Origin: Actinomycetales bacterium
GTDB taxonomy: Bacteria > Actinomycetota > Actinomycetes > Actinomycetales > Cellulomonadaceae
Assembly: GCA_038223605.1 (NCBI GenBank)
Contig: JBBRGX010000001.1
Location: forward strand, 26,953-90,952
Direction of reading: 5' to 3'
DNA: 64,000 nucleotides
Positions 26,702-38,023 of this stretch are shown here, one piece after another (position 1 is the stretch's first letter; each line of letters opens with the position of its first letter). Below the pieces are notes generated by a model. It was not told where the DNA came from. It ran no database searches and was given only the letters and a program-made list of their open reading frames with translations. The translations under genes were made by a program, and so were the position numbers.

Positions 26702-26769
26702 ACCCCCTAGGGTATCGGACGGAGGTCCTGTCTCTCTGCTGCGCGCTCGACCTATACCCCCCTCGGTAT
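26700..26769. promoter_or_regulatory. Two tandem CsoR/CstR-type operators in a divergent promoter
   Basis: ATACCCCCTAGGGTAT (26700-26715) and ATACCCCCCTCGGTAT (26754-26769); both fit ATACC-N6-GGTAT. Confidence 0.72.
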
Positions 26770-26845
26770 GCGACCGAGGTCCCGGCCTGCCGCTGACCAG
26801 GGCACGTACTCTCGACCAACACCACAGGATCGGGGATCACTGACC

Positions 26846-29317
26846 ATGAAGATCGTTGTCGTCGGCGGCGTGGCAGCCGGAATGTCGATCGCGGCCCGGG
26901 CTCGACGCCTGGACGAGTTCGCCGAGATCGTCGTCTTCGAGAAGGGGCAGCACGTCTCCTTCGCGAACTGCGGGCTTCCGTACCACATCGGCGAGACCAT
27001 CAAGGACCGCAGCCGCCTCATGCTGCAGACCCCGCAGAGCCTGCGCGAGTCCCTCGACATCGACGTGCGCAACGGTGTGCGGGTCATGAGCATCGACCGC
27101 GCAGCCAAGACCGTCCACGTCCGGGTCCTGGCGACCGGAGCGGAGTACGACGAGCCCTACGACTCGCTCGCGCTCGCTCCCGGTGCCTCGCCGTTCCGCC
27201 CGGCCATGCCGGGGATCGACCTGCCGTCCGTGCACGTGCTGCGCCGCGTCGGCGACATGGACGTCATCAAGAGGGCCGTCGACGGCGAGGGTGACCGCAA
27301 GCGCACCGGTGGCGTGCAGCACGCCGTCGTGATCGGCGCCGGCTACATCGGCCTGGAGATGGCCGAGAACCTGCACGAGCGCGGTGTCGTCGTCGAGGTC
27401 GTCGAGATGGCTGACCAGATCATGCCGCCACTCGACCGCGAGATGAGCACGGCGATGGAGAACTACCTGCGCGCCCACGGGATCACCCTGCACCTGGGGA
27501 CCGCCGCCGCCGCCTTCACGCTCAAGCCGAACGGGCGGACGCAGGTCGAGCTGAAGAGCACCACCTTCATCGAGACCGACCTCGTCATCATGGCGGCGGG
27601 CGTCCGGCCGAGCACCGAGCTCGCCGTGGCGGCCGGGCTCGACCTCGGACCGCGCGGCGGCATCGCCGTCGACGAGCACATGCGTACCAGCGACCCCTCG
27701 ATCTGGGCAGCAGGAGACGCGGTCGAGGTTCGGCACGCCGTCCTTCCGGGCAGCTGGCTGCTCCCGCTCGCCGGCCCGGCCAACCGCCAGGGTCGCGTCG
27801 CCGCGGAGAGCATCTGCGGTCGCGACAGCGTGTTCCCGTCGGTCGAGGGCACCTCGATCGTCAAGGTCTTCGACATGGTCGCCGGCGGCACGGGGGCATC
27901 GGAGAAGCAGCTCGTCGCTGCCGGGATCCCCTTCCTCACCGTCAGCACCCACCCGAGCGGGCATGCCGGGTACTACCCCGGCACCGCAGCGATGAACGTC
28001 AAGCTCGCGTTCTCGCCCACCGACGGGACGATCCTCGGTGCGCAGATCGCCGGCTTCGACGGCGTGGACAAGCGTCTCGACGTCCTGGCGACCGCGCTGC
28101 GGGCCGGAATGACGGTCTACGACCTCGAGGACCTCGAGCTCGCCTACGCTCCCCCGTTCGGCTCGGCGAAGGACCCGGTCAACATGGCCGGCTTCGTCGC
28201 GTCCAACGTGCTGCGTGGCGACCTCGAGCTCTGGTACGCGGCCGACTTCCCCGCCGCGACCGACGGGGCCCGGATCATCGACGTGCGCGGCCCCGACGAG
28301 TTCGGTATCTGGCACCTGCCCGGCGCCGAGAACGTCCCGCTGAAGGATCTGCGGGTCGCTCAGGAGAGCTGGGACCGCGCCACGCCGATCCGGCTCTACT
28401 GCGCCGTCGGCTTCCGCTCCTACCTCGCCTACCGCTCGCTCGTCCAGCGCGGCTTCACCGACGTCAGCACGCTCTCGGGCGGGATGACGACCTTCCGCGC
28501 CGTTCACGGCGTCGAGCCGAGCGAGGTCGACACCACCGAGGCGGAGATCGCCTACGTCGAGCCGGCACTGTCCGGCCCGGCATCCGCGACCGGCGTCGTC
28601 GTCGACCTGGACTGCACCGGGCTCGCCTGCCCAGGGCCGATCATGCAGCTCCAGAAGACGATGGTCACCCTGGAGCCTGGCGACGAGATCCTCGCCCACG
28701 TGTCCGACCCCGGCTTCCGCCTGGACGCACCGGCCTGGGCCAAGCGGAACGGTCACACGCTCGTCGACCTCACCCCCGAGGGTCCCGGCTACGTCGCCCG
28801 GATGCGCAAGGGCGGGGCACCCGCCCGAGGCGCAGCAGCACGCCTCAAGGACAAGAAGTCCTTCGTCGTCTTCTCCGGCGACTTCGACAAGGTGCTCGCG
28901 GCGTTCATCATCGCGAACGGCGCGCTCGCGATGGGCGACGAGGTCTCGATGTTCTTCACCTTCTGGGGGCTCAACTCCCTTCGTCGGGAGCAGGCGCCCA
29001 AGGTCGACCGCACGCCGATCGAGTCGATGGTCGGCGCGATGATGCCGTCCGGGCCGGACGACATGAAGCTCTCGCAGATGAACATGCTCGGCGGTGGCAC
29101 CGCGATGATGAAGAAGATCATGCGGGACCACCACGTGCCGAGCCTGCCGGACCTCATCGGCTCAGCCCGCGCCTCCGGTGCCCGCCTCGTCGCCTGCACG
29201 ATGACGATGGACCTGCTCGGCATCAAGGAGTCCGACCTCATCGACGGCGTCGAGCTCGGCGGGGTGGCGATGTTCCTCGAGGAGGCCAACGAGTCGAACG
29301 GTCAGTTCTTCATCTGA
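26846..29317 (+). CDS. CoA-disulfide/persulfide reductase fused to rhodanese, TusA and DsrE2 domains
   Basis: GGVAAG, SFANC (redox Cys), GAGYIG and YAPP; rhodanese YCAVGFRS; TusA LDCTGLACPGP; DsrE2 FSGDFDK...FFTFWG...ACTMTM. Confidence 0.92.
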   Translation: MKIVVVGGVAAGMSIAARARRLDEFAEIVVFEKGQHVSFANCGLPYHIGETIKDRSRLMLQTPQSLRESLDIDVRNGVRVMSIDRAAKTVHVRVLATGAEYDEPYDSLALAPGASPFRPAMPGIDLPSVHVLRRVGDMDVIKRAVDGEGDRKRTGGVQHAVVIGAGYIGLEMAENLHERGVVVEVVEMADQIMPPLDREMSTAMENYLRAHGITLHLGTAAAAFTLKPNGRTQVELKSTTFIETDLVIMAAGVRPSTELAVAAGLDLGPRGGIAVDEHMRTSDPSIWAAGDAVEVRHAVLPGSWLLPLAGPANRQGRVAAESICGRDSVFPSVEGTSIVKVFDMVAGGTGASEKQLVAAGIPFLTVSTHPSGHAGYYPGTAAMNVKLAFSPTDGTILGAQIAGFDGVDKRLDVLATALRAGMTVYDLEDLELAYAPPFGSAKDPVNMAGFVASNVLRGDLELWYAADFPAATDGARIIDVRGPDEFGIWHLPGAENVPLKDLRVAQESWDRATPIRLYCAVGFRSYLAYRSLVQRGFTDVSTLSGGMTTFRAVHGVEPSEVDTTEAEIAYVEPALSGPASATGVVVDLDCTGLACPGPIMQLQKTMVTLEPGDEILAHVSDPGFRLDAPAWAKRNGHTLVDLTPEGPGYVARMRKGGAPARGAAARLKDKKSFVVFSGDFDKVLAAFIIANGALAMGDEVSMFFTFWGLNSLRREQAPKVDRTPIESMVGAMMPSGPDDMKLSQMNMLGGGTAMMKKIMRDHHVPSLPDLIGSARASGARLVACTMTMDLLGIKESDLIDGVELGGVAMFLEEANESNGQFFI

Positions 29318-29370
29318 CGGCCATCGCCCGGCCGGCGCCCGACCGGCGCGACGGCGCACCGGCGGGGAGT

Positions 29371-29410
29371 GGACGAGGGGCCCCTGGCATCAGCCAGGGG
29401 CCCCTTGTCC
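29371..29410. terminator. Hairpin between convergent genes (probable bidirectional terminator)
   Basis: GGACGAGGGGCCCCTGGC-ATCA-GCCAGGGGCCCCTTGTCC. Confidence 0.75.
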
Positions 29411-29424
29411 TGCAGCTCTGCTGG

Positions 29425-30831
29425 TCAGGCGAACTTGTGCACCAGCAGCGAGTTCGTCGTGCCGGGGATGCCGACGGGAGCACCGAAGACGATGATCACC
29501 CGCTCGCCGGACTCGACCATCCCGTTCGCGCGCAGGGTCTTGTCGACCTGGGCGACCATCTCGTCGGTGTGCGTGACGGTCGGCGTCTGGTACGTCTCCA
29601 CGCCCCAGCTCAGCGCGAGCTGGTTGCGGACGACCTCGTCGGGGGTGAACGCGACCATGGGGATCGGCGCCCGCAGGCGGGAGACCCGACGCGCGGAGTC
29701 GCCGCTCTGCGTGAAGGTCACCAGGTACTTGACGCCGAGGGTCTCGCCGACCTCTGCCGCGGCCCGGGTGATCGCGCCACCACGGGTCTGGGGGCTCCAG
29801 CCGAGCGGCGCGATGCGCTCGAAGCCACCCTCTTCCGTGGTCTCGATGATCCGTGCCATCGTGCGCACGGCCTCGATCGGGAAGTCACCGACGCTCGTCT
29901 CGCCGGAGAGCATGACCGCGTCGGCGCCGTCGAGCACCGCATTGGCGCAGTCCGACGCCTCGGCGCGCGTCGGGCGCGGAGAGGTGATCATGGACTCGAG
30001 CACCTGCGTGGCGACGATGACCGGCTTGGCCGAACGGCGGGCGAGCTCGATGGCCCGCTTCTGGACCAGCGGGACCTGCTCGAGCGGCAGCTCGACGCCG
30101 AGGTCGCCGCGGGCGACCATGATGCCGTCGAAGGCGTCGATGATCTCGGCGAGGTTCTCGACGGCCTGCGGCTTCTCGATCTTGGCGATGACCGGGACCT
30201 TGCGGCCCTCCTCGGCCATGATCCGGGCGACGTCGGCGTAGTCGGCTGCGGAGCGCACGAACGAGAGCGCGATGAAGTCGCAGCCCTGGGCGAGGCCCCA
30301 CCGCAGGTCGGCCTCGTCCTTGTCGGACATCGCCGGCACGTTGACGGCCACGCCCGGAAGGTTGAGGCCCTTGTTGTTCGACACGGTCCCGGGGACCTCG
30401 ACGACGGTGACGACGTTCGGTCCCTCGACGGCGGTGATGCGCACCGCGACCTTGCCGTCGTCGATGAGGATCCGGTCACCGACCCGGGCGTCGCCGGGCA
30501 GGCCCTTGTAGGTGGTGGAGCACAGGTCCTTGGTGCCGGGGACGTCGTCGGTGGTGATGGTGAAGACGTCGCCGACCGCGAGGTCGTGCTTGCCCTCGAC
30601 GAAGCGGCCGAGGCGGATCTTCGGGCCCTGGAGGTCGACGAGCACGGCGACGGCGCGGCCGGAGGCCTTGGCGGCGGCGCGCACGCGACGGATCACCGCG
30701 GCGTGCTCTTCGGGCTCACCATGGCTCCGGTTGATCCGCGCGACGTCCATCCCGGCGTCGACGAGGGCTTGGACCTGCTCGGGCGACTCCGTCGCGGGAC
30801 CGAGGGTGCAGACAATCTTGGCTTTACGCAT
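29425..30831 (-). CDS. pyk: Pyruvate kinase
   Basis: KIVCTLGP, DLQGPKIR, AKIEK, MVARGDLGVE and MLSGETS motifs. Confidence 0.97.
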   Translation of the reverse strand: MRKAKIVCTLGPATESPEQVQALVDAGMDVARINRSHGEPEEHAAVIRRVRAAAKASGRAVAVLVDLQGPKIRLGRFVEGKHDLAVGDVFTITTDDVPGTKDLCSTTYKGLPGDARVGDRILIDDGKVAVRITAVEGPNVVTVVEVPGTVSNNKGLNLPGVAVNVPAMSDKDEADLRWGLAQGCDFIALSFVRSAADYADVARIMAEEGRKVPVIAKIEKPQAVENLAEIIDAFDGIMVARGDLGVELPLEQVPLVQKRAIELARRSAKPVIVATQVLESMITSPRPTRAEASDCANAVLDGADAVMLSGETSVGDFPIEAVRTMARIIETTEEGGFERIAPLGWSPQTRGGAITRAAAEVGETLGVKYLVTFTQSGDSARRVSRLRAPIPMVAFTPDEVVRNQLALSWGVETYQTPTVTHTDEMVAQVDKTLRANGMVESGERVIIVFGAPVGIPGTTNSLLVHKFA

Positions 30832-30882
30832 GGCTCCAGCCTAGTTCGTGGGTCATGGGACCTTTGGGCTCCGAGTCCCAGA

Positions 30883-32358
30883 TCAGGGACGCATCGACCG
30901 TTCGGTGGGGGTGATCGGCGACGGCAGCTCGGTGCTGCCGCGCAGGTAGGCGTCGACGGCGGCCGCGGTGGCACGGCCCTCGGCGATCGCCCAGACGATG
31001 AGCGACTGCCCACGCCCGGCGTCCCCGGCCACGAACACGCCGGGGACGGATGAGGAGAAGTCCTCGCCCCGCGCGACCGTGCCCTGACCGGTGAGATCGG
31101 CACCGGTCTGGGCGACGAGGCTCTCGGTCTCCGGGCCGGTGAAGCCCATCGCCAGCAGGACGAGATCAGCGGGAAGGTCCTTCTCGGTACCCGGGACCGG
31201 GACGAGCCGGCCCTCGGGAGACAGCTCGGTGCTGGCAACGCGCAGTGTCCGCACGTTCCCGTTCTCGTCGCCCAGCAGCTCGACGGTCGAGGCGAGGTAG
31301 GTGCGCTGACCGCCCTCCTCGTGGGAGCTCGAGACCTTGTAGACCATCGGGTACGTCGGCCAGGGCTGGTTGGTCGGCCGTTCGGCCGGCGGCTGCGGGG
31401 TGATCTCCAGGGAGGTCACCGATGCCGCACCCTGGCGGAGCGAGGTGCCGACGCAGTCCGAGCCGGTGTCGCCACCGCCGATGACGATGACGTGCTTGCC
31501 GGTGGCGGTCACCTGGTCGGGCACGGCGTCCCCGGCCTGGACCTCGTTCGACTGGCGGAGGAACGGCACGGCGGGCTGCACACCCGTCAGGTCCGAGCCC
31601 GGGACGGCGAGCAGGCGCGGCGTCGTCGAACCGATCGCGACCACCACGGCGTCGTACCGCGCCCTCAGATCCGCCCAGCTGAGGTCCTTGCCGATCTCGA
31701 CACCCGGGCGGAACCGCGTTCCCTCGGCCTCCATCTGTGCGATGCGCCGGTCGATGTGCCACTTCTCGAGCTTGAAGTCCGGGACGCCGTAGCGCAGGAG
31801 CCCGCCGATCCGGTCGGCCCGCTCGAACACGGCCACCGTGTGCCCGGCCCTGGTCAGCTGCTGCGCTGCGGCGAGGCCGGCGGGACCGGATCCGACGACG
31901 GCCACCGTGCTCCCGGTGAGGAAGTGCGGGACCTGCGGGGTGATCAGCCCACGCTCGAACGCCTCGTCGACGATCGAGACCTCGACGTTCTTGATCGTCA
32001 CGGCGGGCTCGCTGATGCCGAGCACGCAGGAGGTCTCGCAGGGGGCCGGGCAGATCCGGCCGGTGAACTCCGGGAAGTTGTTCGTCGCGTGCAGCCGGTC
32101 GCTCGCCTCGGCCCACTGGCCCTTCCAGACCAAGTGGTTCCAGTCCGGGATGAGGTTGCCCAGCGGGCAGCCCTGGTGGCAGAACGGGATCCCGCAGTCC
32201 ATGCAGCGCCCGGCCTGGGCCGTGAGCCGCGCCGCGTTCTGCGGCGAGCCGGCGAGGTCGGCCTGGACGTCGCGGTAGTCGAGGATGCGGACCGGAACCG
32301 GCCGGCTCACCGGCAGATCGCGCTGGCGGACCTTGAGGAAGCCGCGGGGATCAGCCAT
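30883..32358 (-). CDS. gltD: Glutamate synthase small subunit
   Basis: MADPRGF start, [20 protein letters not shown] and GGGDTGSDC. Confidence 0.96.
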   Translation of the reverse strand: MADPRGFLKVRQRDLPVSRPVPVRILDYRDVQADLAGSPQNAARLTAQAGRCMDCGIPFCHQGCPLGNLIPDWNHLVWKGQWAEASDRLHATNNFPEFTGRICPAPCETSCVLGISEPAVTIKNVEVSIVDEAFERGLITPQVPHFLTGSTVAVVGSGPAGLAAAQQLTRAGHTVAVFERADRIGGLLRYGVPDFKLEKWHIDRRIAQMEAEGTRFRPGVEIGKDLSWADLRARYDAVVVAIGSTTPRLLAVPGSDLTGVQPAVPFLRQSNEVQAGDAVPDQVTATGKHVIVIGGGDTGSDCVGTSLRQGAASVTSLEITPQPPAERPTNQPWPTYPMVYKVSSSHEEGGQRTYLASTVELLGDENGNVRTLRVASTELSPEGRLVPVPGTEKDLPADLVLLAMGFTGPETESLVAQTGADLTGQGTVARGEDFSSSVPGVFVAGDAGRGQSLIVWAIAEGRATAAAVDAYLRGSTELPSPITPTERSMRP

Positions 32359-35300
32359 GGGACACCTCCAGGATGTGGTCCCAGACGCCGGGAGCGCTGG
32401 GGTCGAGCCCCTGCTCGGCGGCTTCTGCGAGGGTGGCGAGCATCCGCTCGTACTCCGTCGGCACGATCCGGGTGAAGCGCGCGAGGGCCGACGGCAGGTC
32501 CGCGAGCAGCTCGACAGCGAGCGGTGAGCCGGTCTCGGCCTCATGGGTCTTGAGCAGGGTCTCGAGCTCCGCGGCATGCTTCGGGCCGACGGCCGTCAAG
32601 GCGAGCTCACCCGCGAGACGAGCGGGCTGGTTGACCAGCTCGGGACGAAGGTCGAGCACGAAGGCGTGCCCACCGGACATGCCGGCCCCGAAGTTGCGAC
32701 CGGTGCGACCGAGCACGACCACCGTGCCGCCGGTCATGTACTCGCAGCCGTGGTCACCGACGCCCTCGACCACGAGCGTCGCACCGGAGTTGCGCACGGC
32801 GAACCGCTCACCGACGACGCCGCGGAGGTAGATCTCACCAGAGGTCGCGCCGTAGCCGATGACGTTGCCTGCGATGACGTCCCGCTGGCCGGCGAGCACC
32901 GACGACCGGTCGGGACGCACCGAGATGCGCCCGCCGGACAGACCCTTGCCGACGTAGTCGTTCGCGTCGCCGAAGAGCCTCAGCGTGATTCCGCGCGGCA
33001 GGAACGCGCCGAGGGACTGGCCGGCCGAACCGGTCAAGGTCACCTCGATCGTGCCGTCCGGGAGCCCGTCACCGCCGTAGCGACGGGTCACCTCGTGGCC
33101 GAGCATCGTGCCGACCGTCCGGTTGACGTTGCGCACCGGGACGGCGATCCGTACCTGCTGGCCGTGCTCGAGGGCGGCGGCCGACTGGGCGATGAGCTGG
33201 TTGTCCAGCGCCCGGTCGAGCCCATGGTCCTGAGCGGTGGTGTGGTGCAACGACGAGCCCGGCACCGGCTCCGGCCGGGCGAGGATCGGCCCGAGGTCGA
33301 GGCCGGACGCCTTCCAGTGGTCGATCGCCGCACGCGCGTCTAGCGACTCGACGTGCCCGACGGCCTCCTCGATGGATCGGAACCCGAGGGCGGCGAGGTA
33401 CTCGCGCACCTCGATCGCGATGTACTCGAAGAAGGTCTCGACGAACTCCGGCTTGCCGGTGAACCGCGCCCGCAGCTCGGGGTTCTGCGTCGCGACACCC
33501 ACCGGGCAGGTGTCCAGGTGGCAGACCCGCATCATCACGCAGCCGCTGACGACGAGCGGCGCCGTGGCGAAGCCGAACTCCTCGGCACCGAGCAGGGCGC
33601 CGATGACGACGTCACGGCCGGTCTTCAGCTGCCCGTCGACCTGCACGACGATGCGGTCGCGCAGGTTGTTCAGGACGAGCGTCTGCTGGGTCTCGGCAAG
33701 GCCGATCTCCCAGGGGGTCCCCGCATGCTTGAGCGAGGTGAGCGGGCTCGCACCCGTCCCGCCGTCGTGGCCGGAGATGAGCACCACGTCGGCATGCGCC
33801 TTGGAGACACCCGTGGCCACGGTGCCGACGCCGAACTCGCTGACCAGCTTCACGTGCACCCGCGCCTGCGGGTTCGCGTTCTTCAGGTCGTGGATGAGCT
33901 GGGCGATGTCCTCGATCGAGTAGATGTCGTGGTGCGGCGGCGGCGAGATGAGCCCGACTCCTGGCGTCGAGTGCCGCGTCCGCGCGATCCACGGGTAGAC
34001 CTTCATCCCTGGCAGCTGACCGCCCTCGCCGGGCTTGGCGCCCTGGGCCATCTTGATCTGCAGGTCGGTGGCGTTGGTGAGGTAGTCGGAGGTCACGCCG
34101 AAACGCCCGGAGGCGACCTGCTTGATCGCCGACCGGCGCTCCGGGTCGTGCAGCCGCTCGGGGTCCTCGCCACCCTCGCCGGTGTTGGACCTGGCGCCCA
34201 TCCGGTTCATCGCGATCGCAAGGGTCTGGTGCGCCTCGAGCGAGATGGAACCGTAGGACATCGCACCGGTGGAGAAGCGCTTGATGATGTCCCCGACCGA
34301 CTCGACCTCCTCGAGCGGGACCGGCGGACGGACGTCGTCGGCGAAACGCATCAGTCCGCGCAGCGTCATCAGCCGCTCGGCCTGGTCGTCGACGCGCCGG
34401 GTGTACTCGCGGAACACGTCGAGCTGCCGCGTGCGGGTCGAGTGCTGGAGGCGGAAGACGGTCTCCGGGTCGAAGAGGTGCTCCTCGCCGTCACGGCGCC
34501 ACTGGTACTCGCCGCCGACGTTGAGACGGCGGTGGGCCTGCGGGTTCCCGCTCGCCGGGTAGGCGTCGTGGTGCCGCGCAGCCACCTCAGCGGCGATGAC
34601 GTCGAGGCCGACGCCGCCGAGGCGGCTCGTCGTACCGGCGAAGTAGCGCGCCACGACCTCGTGGGCGAGGCCGATCGCCTCGAAGGTCTGGGCCCCACGG
34701 TAGGAGGCGATGGTCGAGATCCCCATCTTGCTCATGACCTTGAGCACGCCCTTGCCGAGCGCCTTGATGAGGTTCGCGACCGCCTTCTCCGGGGCGACCT
34801 CCAGGGTCCCGTCACGCGCCATGCCCTCGACGGTCTCCATCGCCAGGTACGGGTTGACCGCAGCGGCGCCGTACCCGATCAGCAGGGCGACGTGGTGGAC
34901 CTCGCGGACGTCGCCGGCCTCGACGACCAGGCTCACCCGCGTGCGGGTGTGCCGGCGCAGCAGGTGGTGGTGCACGGCGCTCGCGAGCAGCAGCGAGGGG
35001 ATCGGCGCGTTGTCGGCGTCCGAGTCGCGGTCGGAGAGGATGAGGAAGCTCACCCCGGCGTCGACGGCGTGGTCGACCTGGGCGAAGATCTCCTCGAGCC
35101 GCGCCTCCAGCGCGGCCGCGCCGCCGTCGACCGTGTACAGGCCGCGGACGATCTCCGAGCGGAAGATCCCGGCGAGGGCCGGGTCACGGTCGATCCGGAC
35201 GATCTTGGCCAGCTGGTCGTTGTCGAGCACCGGGAACGGCAGGATCAGCTTGCGGGCGTGCTCGGGCAGGTCGGCGAGGAGGTTCGGCTCCGGGCCGATC

Positions 35301-36895
35301 GCTCCGCCGATCGATGTCACGAGCTCCTCGCGGATCGCGTCGAGCGGCGGGTTCGTCACCTGCGCGAACATCTGCGTGAAGTAGTCGAAGAGCAGGCGCG
35401 GACGCTCGGAGAGGACGGCGACCGGTGTGTCCGAGCCCATCGCGCCGAGCGGTTCGCCCCCGGTCGCGCCCATCGGCCCGAGGATGACCTTGAGCTCCTC
35501 CTCCGTGTAGCCGAAGGCACGCTGGCGGCGGCGCACCGAGGCAGGACTGTGCTGCACGTGCTCCCGCTCGGGGAGCTGGTCGAGGAAGATCGAGTGCTCG
35601 GCCGTCCACTGCGCGTACGGGCGCTGGTCGGCGAGCTGTCGCTTGATCTCCTCGTCGGCGACGACCCGGCCTGAGGCGGTGTCCACCAGGAACATCCGGC
35701 CCGGCTCGAGACGGCCCTTGCGGACGACCGTCGCCGGGTCGAGGTCGAGCACGCCGGCCTCGCTCGCCAGCACGACGAGGCCGTCGTCGGTGATCCAGTA
35801 CCGGCCAGGACGCAGGCCGTTGCGGTCGAGCACGGCGCCGATGAGCGTCCCGTCGGTGAAGGCCAGCGCGGCAGGGCCGTCCCACGGCTCCATGAGGGTC
35901 GAGTGGTACTCGTAGAAGGCCCGACGTGCCGGGTCCATCTCGGCGTGGTTCTCCCACGCCTCGGGGATCATCATCAGCACCGCGTGCGGCATGCTGCGCC
36001 CGGACAGGTGCAGCAGCTCGAGCACCTCGTCGAAGGTTCCGGAGTCCGAACCGCTCGGCGTGCACACGGGCATGAGGGGCGTCAGGTCCCCGAGCAGCTC
36101 GCTGGACAGGGTGCTCTGCCGGGCGGCCATCCAGTTGCGGTTGGCCCGCACGGTGTTGATCTCGCCGTTGTGGGCGATCATCCGGAACGGCTGGGCCAAC
36201 GGCCACGACGGGAAGGTGTTGGTCGAGAACCTCGAGTGGACCAGCGCGATCTCCGACGCGTACCGAGGGTCGGAGAGGTCCGGGAAGAAGGGCTCGAGCT
36301 GGCCGGTGGTCAGCATCCCCTTGTAGGTCAGGGTCCGCGCCGAGAGGGAGGCGAAGTACAGGCCCAGCTCGTGCTCGACGCGCTTGCGGACGCGGAACGC
36401 CCGACGGTCGAGCTCGACACCGGCGAGCGACCGAGCGGGGTCGGCGACGACGAGGTGCCGGAAGGCGGGCATCGTGGCCCGTGCTGTCGGCCCGACGAGG
36501 TCGGCTTCGACCGGGACGTCGCGCCAGGCGAGGGTGTCGAGCCCCTCCGCGCGGACGATCGAGTCGATCGCTGCCACCGCAGCGGTCAGCTCGGCCGGCT
36601 CGGTGGGAAGGAAGGCGAGACCGATCGCGTAGTGACCGGCCGGCGGCAGCTCGGCGGGGATCACGTCGCGAAGGAACGCGTCGGGGACCTGAGTGAGGAT
36701 CCCGGCCCCGTCACCGCTGTCCCTCTCCGCACCGACGGCGCCACGGTGGTCCAGGTTGAGCAGGGCGGTGAGCCCCGCGTCGACGATGTCCCGGCCCGGT
36801 GTCCCGCGCAAGGTCGCGACGAAGGCGACGCCACAGGCGTCGTGCTCGGTCGCGGGGTCGTACAGACCCTGGGGAGCAGCGTCGAACTGGCTCAT
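32351..36895 (-). CDS. gltB: Glutamate synthase large subunit
   Basis: EHDACGV (Cys1), [24 protein letters not shown] and CHLDTCP. Confidence 0.97.
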   Translation of the reverse strand: MSQFDAAPQGLYDPATEHDACGVAFVATLRGTPGRDIVDAGLTALLNLDHRGAVGAERDSGDGAGILTQVPDAFLRDVIPAELPPAGHYAIGLAFLPTEPAELTAAVAAIDSIVRAEGLDTLAWRDVPVEADLVGPTARATMPAFRHLVVADPARSLAGVELDRRAFRVRKRVEHELGLYFASLSARTLTYKGMLTTGQLEPFFPDLSDPRYASEIALVHSRFSTNTFPSWPLAQPFRMIAHNGEINTVRANRNWMAARQSTLSSELLGDLTPLMPVCTPSGSDSGTFDEVLELLHLSGRSMPHAVLMMIPEAWENHAEMDPARRAFYEYHSTLMEPWDGPAALAFTDGTLIGAVLDRNGLRPGRYWITDDGLVVLASEAGVLDLDPATVVRKGRLEPGRMFLVDTASGRVVADEEIKRQLADQRPYAQWTAEHSIFLDQLPEREHVQHSPASVRRRQRAFGYTEEELKVILGPMGATGGEPLGAMGSDTPVAVLSERPRLLFDYFTQMFAQVTNPPLDAIREELVTSIGGAIGPEPNLLADLPEHARKLILPFPVLDNDQLAKIVRIDRDPALAGIFRSEIVRGLYTVDGGAAALEARLEEIFAQVDHAVDAGVSFLILSDRDSDADNAPIPSLLLASAVHHHLLRRHTRTRVSLVVEAGDVREVHHVALLIGYGAAAVNPYLAMETVEGMARDGTLEVAPEKAVANLIKALGKGVLKVMSKMGISTIASYRGAQTFEAIGLAHEVVARYFAGTTSRLGGVGLDVIAAEVAARHHDAYPASGNPQAHRRLNVGGEYQWRRDGEEHLFDPETVFRLQHSTRTRQLDVFREYTRRVDDQAERLMTLRGLMRFADDVRPPVPLEEVESVGDIIKRFSTGAMSYGSISLEAHQTLAIAMNRMGARSNTGEGGEDPERLHDPERRSAIKQVASGRFGVTSDYLTNATDLQIKMAQGAKPGEGGQLPGMKVYPWIARTRHSTPGVGLISPPPHHDIYSIEDIAQLIHDLKNANPQARVHVKLVSEFGVGTVATGVSKAHADVVLISGHDGGTGASPLTSLKHAGTPWEIGLAETQQTLVLNNLRDRIVVQVDGQLKTGRDVVIGALLGAEEFGFATAPLVVSGCVMMRVCHLDTCPVGVATQNPELRARFTGKPEFVETFFEYIAIEVREYLAALGFRSIEEAVGHVESLDARAAIDHWKASGLDLGPILARPEPVPGSSLHHTTAQDHGLDRALDNQLIAQSAAALEHGQQVRIAVPVRNVNRTVGTMLGHEVTRRYGGDGLPDGTIEVTLTGSAGQSLGAFLPRGITLRLFGDANDYVGKGLSGGRISVRPDRSSVLAGQRDVIAGNVIGYGATSGEIYLRGVVGERFAVRNSGATLVVEGVGDHGCEYMTGGTVVVLGRTGRNFGAGMSGGHAFVLDLRPELVNQPARLAGELALTAVGPKHAAELETLLKTHEAETGSPLAVELLADLPSALARFTRIVPTEYERMLATLAEAAEQGLDPSAPGVWDHILEVSHG

Positions 36896-37060
36896 TACCA
36901 CCGTCCTCGTACTGACCCGGGCGCATGCCCGGGTACGGAAAGGATGTCCGGGGACGTCATCGGCCCGAGTGGCGGCGACCGCACCGCCCGGTGCCGCGGT
37001 GGACACCGCGGACCGCGTACAGCTGCACGGAGTGCAGCCTCATGCCCGTCGTCACCTGGG

Positions 37061-38023
37061 TCAGGTGTCCCTCGTCGGCTCGGCCGCGTCGTTCGCGGAC
37101 GGTGAAGCACCGGTCGCGCCCGACAGGTCGGTGCTCCCGTCGCCCTCGTCGACCGCGTCGGCGGGCTCAGCGGGATTCCCGGCCAGCACCGTGGTCTCGC
37201 GCCCAGGGTGGCGGCGTCCGACCAGCACGAAGGCTACCAGCGCTCCGAGACCGACGACGATCGACGTCCAGACGTTCAGACGCAGGCCGAGGAAGGTGTG
37301 CGCGGTGTCGATCCGCAGGTACTCGATCCAGACCCGGCCGAGCGTGTAGGTCATCACGTACGCCCAGAACACCCGGCCGTGACCGAGCCGGAACCGGCGT
37401 TCGAGCCAGATGATGAACGCCGCGGCGGCGAGGTTCCACAGGAGCTCGTACAGGAAGGTCGGGTGGAAGAGGGTGGCGGCCGGGTAGCCAGCCGGGAACG
37501 TCGGCGACTCGGGGCTGATGCGCAAGCCCCAGGGAAGCGTGGTGGGGCCGCCGAAGAGCTCCTGGTTGAACCAGTTGCCGAGCCGTCCGATGGCCTGGGC
37601 GACGAGCAGCGCCGGAGCGACGACGTCGGCGAAGACCACGAAGCTCACACCCTGCTTGCGCGCCCCGATCCACGCGCCGACGGCACCGAGGGCGATGGCG
37701 CCCCAGATGCCGAGGCCGCCCTCCCAGATCGCGAAGGCGCGCCACGGGTCACCGCCGGGGCCGAAGTACGCGTCCGGTGACGTGATGAGGTGGTAGATCC
37801 GGCCGCCGACGATGCCGAAGGGGACAGCCCAGAAGACGATCTCCAGCACGGTGTCCGCGTCGCCGCCCCGCGCGACCCAGCGGCGCCGGGTGAGGACGAG
37901 AGCGACCACGATGCCCGCCATGATGGCGAGCGCGTAGGCACGGATCGGCAGGAACGCGAGGTGCCAGACGCCCTGCGACGGGCTCGGGATCTCGGTGATC
38001 ACGCGGCCAAGGACGCGATTCAT
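37061..38023 (-). CDS. lgt: Prolipoprotein diacylglyceryl transferase
   Basis: GGRIYH, WEGGL, GRLGNWFNQE and HPTFLYE motifs. Confidence 0.95.
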   Translation of the reverse strand: MNRVLGRVITEIPSPSQGVWHLAFLPIRAYALAIMAGIVVALVLTRRRWVARGGDADTVLEIVFWAVPFGIVGGRIYHLITSPDAYFGPGGDPWRAFAIWEGGLGIWGAIALGAVGAWIGARKQGVSFVVFADVVAPALLVAQAIGRLGNWFNQELFGGPTTLPWGLRISPESPTFPAGYPAATLFHPTFLYELLWNLAAAAFIIWLERRFRLGHGRVFWAYVMTYTLGRVWIEYLRIDTAHTFLGLRLNVWTSIVVGLGALVAFVLVGRRHPGRETTVLAGNPAEPADAVDEGDGSTDLSGATGASPSANDAAEPTRDT

